A stretch of 64,000 nt of DNA from an uncultured Candidatus Saccharibacteria bacterium (lineage in GTDB: Bacteria > Patescibacteriota > Saccharimonadia > Saccharimonadales > 2-12-FULL-41-12), in contig CAZFPJ010000003.1 of NCBI GenBank assembly GCA_964521095.1, positions 12,350 through 76,349 on the forward strand. Reading direction: 5' to 3'. Positions 16,725-24,045 of this stretch are shown here, piece by piece. Both the position numbers and the translations under genes were made by a program. Each line of letters starts with the position of its first letter. The stretch's first letter is position 1. The notes beneath the pieces are model-generated. The model was not told the DNA's origin. It saw only the letters and a list, made by a program, of their open reading frames with translations, and did no database searches.

Positions 16725-16753
16725 TTGACTAATGCGCTCATCTCTGTTAAAGT
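16725..16753 (+). promoter_or_regulatory. Sigma70-like promoter (TTGACT - 17 nt - TAAAGT) with no ORF downstream
   Basis: TTGACT at 16725-16730, 17-nt spacer, TAAAGT at 16748-16753. Confidence 0.35.
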
Positions 16754-16915
16754 AGCTTGGTTAATCGGGAGCTCTTTTTGAGTACCAAGAATAAGAAGGT
16801 GCTGGAAGGATTTAATTTGTTTTACGAAGAAATCACTCCAACCCTACCTACTCGTCGTATCCGACGGGCTTAAATAACAATCAAGACCATGGCGAACACC
16901 CTGTTTAGCTACCCT

Positions 16916-16936
16916 AGCCCCCCTGGGGCTTTTTTG
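16916..16936 (+). terminator. Rho-independent terminator (agcccc-cct-ggggct + T-run) 73 nt upstream of nrdR
   Basis: 6-bp GC-rich stem, 3-nt loop, and a T6 tail. Confidence 0.55.
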
Positions 16937-16993
16937 CTATACAGGTTATCCGCACTTTTGCGATAGTTATCCACTAGCTTTTTATACAGCGTT

Positions 16994-17011
16994 ATGTCAA
17001 TATATTGACAT
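16994..17011. promoter_or_regulatory. NrdR-box-like 18-bp perfect palindrome overlapping the nrdR start codon
   Basis: ATGTCAATATATTGACAT. Its core CAATATATTG equals the core of the published NrdR-box consensus (acaCwAtATaTwGtgt). Confidence 0.45.
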
Positions 17012-17411
17012 GGTATGCATATACTGTACGGAGAAGACTAGGACAACTAACTCTAGACCCACCAAGTCTGGATTCGAAACCTGGCGCCGTAAATCATGTC
17101 CGTCTTGTGGAGCTGTTTTTACTACCAGAGAACAAATAGACTTGTCTAGCTCACTAAGAATCAAATCTGCTGGACAACTCTTGCCCTTTTCCAGGGATAA
17201 TCTGTTTATTAGCATCTATAGAAGCCTGTCTCATCGCGATAATGCGCTGTCTGACGCCTCTGACCTAGTTGAGACGGTCGTGTTTAATCTTCAAGAGTCT
17301 ACCAACAACAGAGGTATCTTACAAAAAGAATTACTTCAAAGAACCACCCTAGCTACACTAGAACTGTTCGATAAACCAGCTAGTGTCTACTACAAGGCTC
17401 ACTACTGTTAG
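17010..17411 (+). CDS. nrdR: Transcriptional repressor NrdR
   Basis: N-terminal zinc ribbon C.YC...NSR...RR..C..CG..FTT.E followed by an ATP-cone-like region. 133 aa is slightly short for the family. Confidence 0.8.
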   Translation: MVCIYCTEKTRTTNSRPTKSGFETWRRKSCPSCGAVFTTREQIDLSSSLRIKSAGQLLPFSRDNLFISIYRSLSHRDNALSDASDLVETVVFNLQESTNNRGILQKELLQRTTLATLELFDKPASVYYKAHYC

Positions 17412-18988
17412 TTTTTGACAGCTTTTTCGGTTACATCAAACTTGTCTAGATATTTACCAAAGAATAGTCGAGTCTGCGAATACAAAGCAGAGAAAGAGTT
17501 ATAAATTAGACCGGTAATTGGCAAGATAGCCCACTGAAGGACCATAAACACCGTTTGGTACCTCTTGTGGCGTTTTGGTCGTGGTGGCAACACCTTGAGT
17601 CCCAAAAGCAATGTAATGATAATACCAACAGTAGCAACGCGCTGGATGCCACTAGCAGTGTTTGGAAGCTGGTTAGCTCCAATATCGTGAGGGTTAAATA
17701 ACACTGGTATAAAAGCCGAGAAAAGCAGGATAGTAGGAGCTGTAGCCCAGCTGACATGCCCTTCTACCAAGCGGAAAAACTTAAATGACAAGTCGAGCTT
17801 GGGGATATTGTTTTTTGTAAAATAACCCTTAGTAGCTAGGTATGCGATATCCGATGCTCCCCAAGCCCATCGCCGTAACTGTATAAACTGCGCCTTTAGA
17901 GTGCGCTTGTAGCCATCTGCAAGCACTGCATCCTGATAGATTGGAATGTATATCGGGTAGACCTCGTGCTGGCCGTTATAACGCAGGTATGTGCGCCAAA
18001 ACTGGTGTCCGTCCTCGACAATAGTACGCACACTCCAGAAATCTGTGTCTATAAGAGCGGCCATACTCTGGGCGTGAGAACTAAAGTTACGAAGCATATG
18101 TGGGCGTAAGGCCTGTACGACCATCCAAAATGAGTTACCCGTGGCAATTACCCTCATCGGTGCTGGGGCATCCCAAATGTTATTGGTAAACATCGGTATT
18201 GGCTGGAAAGAAATCAACCTTGGCTCTGGGCACAAACAAAAGGTATATGTCAAAGCGGCCAAATAGTTTCTGTGAGGCCTATTATCGGCGTCTAGCGTGG
18301 TCACTAACACCTTGTCTGGGTCTATATTTCTTTTTTCTAACTCTTTTTGCAGTAGTCGTCCAGCATAAGTTATATTGCCACCTTTACCAACAACTTCCCC
18401 CGGTACATCCTTGGGATGCTTAACTGCACGAGCAAACATAAACTCACTACCATAGTCCTTGATAAGCTGTTCGGACTGTTCTTCTATAGCCTTGCCACCC
18501 CTCTCTTCATAAGCCAAAATCAAAATAACCTTCTTCATATCGTATTTTGACTTTAAAACCGATTGGATTGTAGGCTCTACCACCTCCCTGCTCTCGTTGT
18601 AAGTAGCAATCATGATGACATGTATAAGTTCGCTTGGCTTTACTAGCGCTGGATGTTGCTCTAACAATGCTATATTTCGCTCATGCCATTTTGGCTTCTT
18701 AACGGTAGCCCGAACATTCTCTACATCACTGATCAGAGCGTCCCAGGCCAGTTTTTTGTGGGTCTGTAGCATATTCCAACCCTGTAGCACTCTAATATTT
18801 AGCCCCACAGCGCGCACAAACCACATTATTAGATATCCCAGTATAAAAATAACCGTTAGTAATGGGCTAATTTGGCTCAAAATAATCGGAAACAAAAGAA
18901 CACTCCAGCTTAGCATAGCTGGCATCCTCTCGAACCAACGATATAACTTTGTTTTTTCGTGCTGTCGCGGTATCTCTATGTCGTGCAT
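17408..18988 (-). CDS. Membrane-embedded processive family-2 glycosyltransferase (cellulose/chitin/hyaluronan-synthase-like)
   Basis: Multiple TM segments flank a GT2 domain with IATYNES, TTLDADN (DxD) and QLRRWAWG (QxxRW). Confidence 0.8.
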   Translation of the reverse strand: MHDIEIPRQHEKTKLYRWFERMPAMLSWSVLLFPIILSQISPLLTVIFILGYLIMWFVRAVGLNIRVLQGWNMLQTHKKLAWDALISDVENVRATVKKPKWHERNIALLEQHPALVKPSELIHVIMIATYNESREVVEPTIQSVLKSKYDMKKVILILAYEERGGKAIEEQSEQLIKDYGSEFMFARAVKHPKDVPGEVVGKGGNITYAGRLLQKELEKRNIDPDKVLVTTLDADNRPHRNYLAALTYTFCLCPEPRLISFQPIPMFTNNIWDAPAPMRVIATGNSFWMVVQALRPHMLRNFSSHAQSMAALIDTDFWSVRTIVEDGHQFWRTYLRYNGQHEVYPIYIPIYQDAVLADGYKRTLKAQFIQLRRWAWGASDIAYLATKGYFTKNNIPKLDLSFKFFRLVEGHVSWATAPTILLFSAFIPVLFNPHDIGANQLPNTASGIQRVATVGIIITLLLGLKVLPPRPKRHKRYQTVFMVLQWAILPITGLIYNSFSALYSQTRLFFGKYLDKFDVTEKAVKN

Positions 18989-18989
18989 A

Positions 18990-19343
18990 TTATCTCAGAC
19001 CTAGCAAGGAGTAACTAACGAGTAAAGCCAGGATAAGCAAGACTGATGTCAGTAGCAGTATAGCGTGAGTCATCTTTTTGCTAAGGTGATGCATCCGCAC
19101 GCCAAGGACAAACTGAAAGCTAAAGACTATAATCGCAAAGATGATGAAACTCAGTATTTCTTTAATGTCACTAACTCTATATCCGTCCAGGCCAAGGTTG
19201 GCTCGATACTGCACCACATAACCATCGCCGGTGTCGCCAAGGCGAAGTAAAATGCTAACTATAATAAGCACGAGCAAAAAACTATTCACACTCAGCATTA
19301 GAGTTACAAATCTGTCATGAAAAAAAGCGCGTGGATTGACCAT
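18990..19343 (-). CDS. Small integral membrane protein (117 aa) immediately upstream of the GT2 synthase
   Basis: ORF track; three hydrophobic helices. Its stop lies 1 nt from the GT2 start. Confidence 0.5.
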   Translation of the reverse strand: MVNPRAFFHDRFVTLMLSVNSFLLVLIIVSILLRLGDTGDGYVVQYRANLGLDGYRVSDIKEILSFIIFAIIVFSFQFVLGVRMHHLSKKMTHAILLLTSVLLILALLVSYSLLGLR

Positions 19344-19415
19344 ATTATGGGGATGATTATAGAGGTTTTTAACTTCTCGCGCTAGTATACGAATATATTA
19401 CCCTAGCGCAAAAGC

Positions 19416-19490
19416 TGGTGCGGGTAGAGAGAATCGAACTCTCGTCTTAGCCTTGGGAAGGCTACATATTAGCCACTATACGATACCCGC
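19416..19490 (-). tRNA. tRNA-Gly (anticodon CCC), CCA encoded
   Basis: GCGGGTA TC GTAT AGTGGCTA ATAT G TAGCC TTCCCAA GGCTA AGAC GAGAG TTCGATT CTCTC TACCCGC A CCA. Confidence 0.93.
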
Positions 19491-19566
19491 TGGAGCCACC
19501 TAGCAGGATCGAACTGCTGACCTACGCGTTACGAATGCGTCGCTCTACCAACTGAGCTAAGGTGGC
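19491..19566 (-). tRNA. tRNA-Thr (anticodon CGU), CCA encoded; abuts tRNA-Gly with zero spacer
   Basis: GCCACCT TA GCTC AGTTGGTA GAGC G ACGCA TTCGTAA CGCGT AGGTC AGCAG TTCGATC CTGCT AGGTGGC T CCA. There is one A-C mismatch at 31:39. Confidence 0.92.
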
Positions 19567-19596
19567 GTAATGATGGGGATTGTTAATCTACTTTAC

Positions 19597-19680
19597 ACCT
19601 TACTCAGCTGGTAGAGCGACCGCTGTTGTCTTATTTTTGCAGTAACACTGCGCAACTGAGCTAAGGTGGCGTAATGATGG
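19597..19680. repeat. tRNA-Thr 5'-end debris: one inverted and one direct partial copy
   Basis: 19653-19680 is identical to 19549-19576 (28 nt: tRNA nt 1-18 plus 10 nt of 5' flank). 19597-19623 (caccttactcagctggtagagcgaccgc) is an inverted near-copy of tRNA-Thr nt 3-32. Confidence 0.85.
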
Positions 19681-19782
19681 AAAACTTAAAGAAAATTATA
19701 GCAAAAACCGAACAAAATTGTTGATTTTTACCTCTGTAACTGATATGATTTTGGTTGTCTTACTTTAAAAATCTATTGTTGT

Positions 19783-19859
19783 GGGCTCGTAGTGAAGTGG
19801 TCTATCACGCCTCCCTGTCACGGAGGAGATCGCCGGTTCAAATCCGGTCGGGCCCGCCA
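19783..19859 (+). tRNA. tRNA-Asp (anticodon GUC), CCA encoded
   Basis: GGGCTCG TA GTGA AGTGGTCTA TCAC G CCTCC CTGTCAC GGAGG AGATC GCCGG TTCAAAT CCGGT CGGGCCC G CCA. Confidence 0.95.
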
Positions 19860-20073
19860 AAAAGAAAGATGCCACCCTTTAAGAGGTGGTATTTTGCTTT
19901 TTTGGGCAAGCTCTGCTTGTAATTTGGACCGGCATTGCCCTTGGGGCGCCGGTTCGTGTATACGAAGTTAGAGAAAAGTGTTTACATTTTTCTCGCCACG
20001 AGTGGAAGAGTGTCCAGCCCCAGAATGGGGCTGGATGTGCGATAATCCGGTCGGGCCCGCCAAAAAGAAAGAT
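19841..20073 (+). repeat. 30-bp perfect direct repeat (tRNA-Asp 3' 19 nt + 11 nt flank) bracketing a 173-bp insert
   Basis: aatccggtcgggcccgccaaaaagaaagat occurs at 19841-19870 and 20044-20073. Each copy is followed by its own terminator hairpin (gccaccc..gaggtggt + T-run; actctgt..acagagt + T-run). Confidence 0.9.
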
Positions 20074-20095
20074 ACTCTGTGAAAAACAGAGTTTT

Positions 20096-20470
20096 TTATT
20101 TTAAGCTAGTAACTATTTCTTTTACAATTTCGGCGATGTCTTTTGGGTCGTTCTCGCTTTTAACGATATATCTTATGGCGCCCCTCGCCATAGCTTCCTC
20201 GGCATCCTGTTGTCCGGCTAAGTTAGTCAAAACAACCACTGGTATGTCTTTTGTATCTGGGTCTTCTTTTAGCTTATCCAAAGCCTCTAGCCCATTCATT
20301 TTTGGCATCATAATATCCATAAGTATCAACATAGGCTGATTGGCCTTTGCTTTTTCTACACATTCCAGACCATTAACCGCCAAGTCTACCTGATAGCCCT
20401 CAAAGTCGAACAGCCTCTGATACATCCTGGACATTAGTGGATCGTCTTCAGCTAATAATATTTTTATCAT
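20096..20470 (-). CDS. Stand-alone receiver-domain response regulator (CheY-like, no output domain)
   Basis: KILLAEDD...LILMDIMMPKMNG...VVVLTN receiver motifs. Start set at the ATG (MIKILLAEDD); the ORF-track start is an upstream TTG. Confidence 0.85.
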   Translation of the reverse strand: MIKILLAEDDPLMSRMYQRLFDFEGYQVDLAVNGLECVEKAKANQPMLILMDIMMPKMNGLEALDKLKEDPDTKDIPVVVLTNLAGQQDAEEAMARGAIRYIVKSENDPKDIAEIVKEIVTSLK

Positions 20471-20515
20471 AACTACTAAAAAGTATACCAACTATGTCCT
20501 GCCAATAGCTAGTAC

Positions 20516-22795
20516 CTACCTATCTTTGTCATCTCGATTAATCTTTGCCACCGGTACCGTAAAGTAAAAAGCCGATCCTACATCTGGCTCTGAGTGCTCC
20601 AAGCCAATAGATCCGCCCATTTGCTCTAAAATTAACTTCGATATATAAAGCCCCAACCCAGTGCCCTTAGTGGTGTCCCTGGTCAATAAACTCCCACCCG
20701 TCTGTTGGAACTTTCTAAAAAGCAGCTTCTTACCTTCCTTGCCAATGCCTCTTCCTGAATCGCTAACCCGAATCTTGACCTGGTTATCTATTTGTGCGCC
20801 CTGCACCACAACACGGCCATTACTGGTAAACTTTATGGCGTTACCAACAAGATTGTAAATGACCTGCTCTAGCTTACTGGCGTCGGCATGAACGAAAGGC
20901 AAATCGTCTATTTGAGCATCTATCTTGATGATATTACCCCTATCAGAAGCTAGGGCTTGCGTTTGGCTGACAACTTTTTTGATAATGGCAGACATCTCAA
21001 TATCTTGAGGGTTAAACTCCATACGACCTTGCTCTAAGCGCGAAGTATCGAGGAAGTCGTTGACAATCTCTATCAAACGCAAGCTAGAGTCATACATATC
21101 CTGAACCATCTCTTTTGTATCTTTGTCTAGCTTTTTGCCGTAATAATCTAGCATCATGGAAGTATTGCCACGGATAGCTGTTAGTGGAGTTCTGAGTTCA
21201 TGCGAAGCGATAGAAAAGAATTCGTCCTTAGACCTCTGAGCTAACACCCTCTCTGTAATGTCGTCAAACAATACTGCAATACCTATGACATCGCCGTCTT
21301 TACTGATGGGCAACACATCTATGTCTAGGACAAGCTTATCAAATGACACATCATAAATCTCTTGGTACTTATTTGTCCGCATAACCTTTGTGGCTATCTT
21401 GTCTATGTCCACATCTACATCAGTAAAAATCTTAGACAAATGGGCGCCAGCGTTAGGTTTGTCTATATCATCCTTTTTTGTCTGAGATAACATTTTCTGG
21501 GCTTGCTCGTTAATAAGGACAACTTGTTTCTTGTCATCAGTAATTAAAAAGCCCTGTCGAAGACCGCTGACCGATGCAAGCAGTCTCGCTCTTTCCTGAT
21601 GGTATAGCTCTGTCCTCAGTCTAACTTCTTTAGCAATAGTCTGCAGAGCCAAGGCCTGGTCTGTAACATCCGCCATGCTAAAAACATACCCAGCGTCACT
21701 TTTGTCTATCTTGCTAACTTGCGCCTGCAGGACCAATGTTGACTGATTTATTTTTAGCGGGAGTCTATCTATCTTTACTATCTCCTCATCTGTATTTTTA
21801 TCCAAGGCTAGTTCTATTTTTTTGAAATTATCCGGGCCAATAATATCTGCCATGCCCTCGTTAGCAAACTTTCTGTGTCGGCCAAATAGCTGTTTGGCAC
21901 TGGCGTTCATAAATTGAATCTGAAACTTATTATCTGTTCCAATCACAGGCTGAGGGAGAGTTTTCATGATTTCTCCGCTAAGACTGGCGGGGTTAATAGT
22001 AAAAAGCTGAGACCTAAAAACTCCGTAGGCTATTATCACCCCTTGAACCGCTATAAGAAATGTCGCGATGGGCATTACCCTCATCCCAAATATGCCTGGC
22101 AATATTAAGTCAGTGCAACTACCTCCAATGAGCGGGATTAATGCGCCTGCTATGAGCAATTTTATTTGCTTTCTCTTTTGCTTGCTAACATCTTTGCTGT
22201 GGTATTCATGGATCAATAAACCAATCGCCGAGATAAACATAGCGAATAACCACACTGTAAATACATTGAGGTATGTACCTCCGGCAGAGTCATAGCCCCA
22301 GGGCTCCAAGCTAACCTGAGACGACACGGTAATCCCTGTCTTTAGATGAGCAAATACCATCCCAGCCACCATAGAAGCTCCACCAATTTGAATAGCAATT
22401 TTCCGGATATGATCTTGGTTATTAGTGTAACTAAGCACAAACAACAGATAGACAAATGGCATCGTCGCCCAGCCAAATACCGCTATCATCTGCCATGTAA
22501 ACGCCTGGTCGGGAGTAGTGCTAATCCGTTGGAAAAATTCGGCTAAAGCCCAGAATGTTATTGATATCAAGAAGATCAAAAACCAAAAACCTGTTTCCGA
22601 TGATCTGGCTCGCCTCCAGAGCAAGACAATGAGTAGCGTATTAATTAGAACCGAGGCAAGAGACAATAAAGAAAATTGATTAAAGGCAAGCTGACTTTGG
22701 CCAAATTCGGCCCGAAAGATACCCAACCATATCACTCCAGCAGAGATAAACGAGACTATTGTAGCCCCAAACAGCAAAAAACGAAGGCTTTTCAT
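20516..22795 (-). CDS. Sensor histidine kinase with a multi-TM N-terminal sensor, PAS-like region, HisKA and HATPase_c domains
   Basis: About 7 N-terminal TM helices, H-box FFSIASHELRTPLTAI, and N/G boxes (NLVGNAIKFT, DSGRGI, GTGLGLYISK). Confidence 0.9.
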   Translation of the reverse strand: MKSLRFLLFGATIVSFISAGVIWLGIFRAEFGQSQLAFNQFSLLSLASVLINTLLIVLLWRRARSSETGFWFLIFLISITFWALAEFFQRISTTPDQAFTWQMIAVFGWATMPFVYLLFVLSYTNNQDHIRKIAIQIGGASMVAGMVFAHLKTGITVSSQVSLEPWGYDSAGGTYLNVFTVWLFAMFISAIGLLIHEYHSKDVSKQKRKQIKLLIAGALIPLIGGSCTDLILPGIFGMRVMPIATFLIAVQGVIIAYGVFRSQLFTINPASLSGEIMKTLPQPVIGTDNKFQIQFMNASAKQLFGRHRKFANEGMADIIGPDNFKKIELALDKNTDEEIVKIDRLPLKINQSTLVLQAQVSKIDKSDAGYVFSMADVTDQALALQTIAKEVRLRTELYHQERARLLASVSGLRQGFLITDDKKQVVLINEQAQKMLSQTKKDDIDKPNAGAHLSKIFTDVDVDIDKIATKVMRTNKYQEIYDVSFDKLVLDIDVLPISKDGDVIGIAVLFDDITERVLAQRSKDEFFSIASHELRTPLTAIRGNTSMMLDYYGKKLDKDTKEMVQDMYDSSLRLIEIVNDFLDTSRLEQGRMEFNPQDIEMSAIIKKVVSQTQALASDRGNIIKIDAQIDDLPFVHADASKLEQVIYNLVGNAIKFTSNGRVVVQGAQIDNQVKIRVSDSGRGIGKEGKKLLFRKFQQTGGSLLTRDTTKGTGLGLYISKLILEQMGGSIGLEHSEPDVGSAFYFTVPVAKINRDDKDR

Positions 22796-23454
22796 CAGGC
22801 CCCTCCCCTTCTTTGCAAACCCAAAGCTCTACTAACTAGCATCTCTGAATGATTCTTTCGCTAAAACATCTTAATCATAACCTTTTTGACTCAAGCATGT
22901 CTACCAACAGATTTTGTGGCATTCATAAAATGAGTTATCGGGCAAAAATTATGTTGTTAATTTAACATAAGTATATTGAACCGTTAGACAAAATATTCTA
23001 ACACTGCACCTATTTATTTATGCATTCTAACTATAAAACTGCTTATTAGACATTTTGATTTTTCGTTATTTTTTAAACTTTTTTATAGCTATATTTATTA
23101 TGTTTTTTTATAAAGATACAGGGGTAAATGCTTATCCTTATTGGACAAATAAAATAAGCTTTATGTTGTATAAAATACTCGTAAAATCATCCTCATTTCT
23201 GTCGTTAACTACACACCAGCAATTTATGACTGTTGGTACTTTATCTCTGCTCGATTGTCGCGGTACAGCATCTTTGAACGGCCATACATCATTTTCAAAA
23301 ATGTATTTAAAAATACATCACCCTTAATACCTAGTTTGTCCACTTCTTGGTTAACAGTCATCGTTAGTGCCCAATTTCTAAGACAAAATCTAGCCCGAGC
23401 CTTGAGCCCCTAGAGCATACTTAGCCACACTGCAGTTTTTTGTCTGAGTACAAT

Positions 23455-23952
23455 TTATTGAGCTGGAGTAGCTTGTGGAGTTGCAGGTTGAGCTACCGGT
23501 TTTTGAGCATCTGTCGGGATACTAATAGAGCTAAACTCTACTATCTTCTTGGTAGATGGACGGAATATAAGTGCTCGATTAGAATTTTCGAATATTAATA
23601 CTCTGTCGCCATTTTGAGCGTTCTTAAAGAACGGTTGCTTTGAAAGTGCAGACACATTATCTACGGTAGCCATCTTTGGCGACTCATCTTTTGGAAGTTC
23701 GGCAACCCTACCAGCCTGTTCAGTAATAATCTGCAATTCTGTACGGCCAGAAACCCCTGGGTCTTGTAGCTCTTGTAGCTGTTTTTTGGTGTTTAAGTAC
23801 ATAAGAGCAAATAATGTTACCCCTGCAATCGCTACAATTATTACCGCTATCTTCCACCAATTTTGTTTTAGCCACTTAATCTGTGCTTTTCGCTTTTTTT
23901 GCTTTGCTTTTAAAGCAATCTCTTCTGCTGTTTGTTGATTCTTAGTTGCCAT
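23455..23952 (-). CDS. Hypothetical N-terminally membrane-anchored protein (165 aa)
   Basis: ORF track; Lys-rich N-terminus, one TM helix (WKIAVIIVAIAGVTLFALMYL) and a Pro/Ala/Gln tail. Confidence 0.5.
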   Translation of the reverse strand: MATKNQQTAEEIALKAKQKKRKAQIKWLKQNWWKIAVIIVAIAGVTLFALMYLNTKKQLQELQDPGVSGRTELQIITEQAGRVAELPKDESPKMATVDNVSALSKQPFFKNAQNGDRVLIFENSNRALIFRPSTKKIVEFSSISIPTDAQKPVAQPATPQATPAQ

Positions 23953-24045
23953 TACTTTCTCCTACTCTTTGCTACAGTTTAGCGAGTATTAAGCACTAGG
24001 GCAATATCTTACATATTTATAAGGGTAGCCTATGGCCAAGAGAGG

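Noticed and set aside
23055-23327. 90-aa ORF in the AT-rich region upstream of the histidine kinase
   Set aside because: Its Phe/Ile/Lys/Tyr-rich composition simply reflects AT-rich DNA. It has no SD and an uncertain start codon, so it is probably regulatory DNA.
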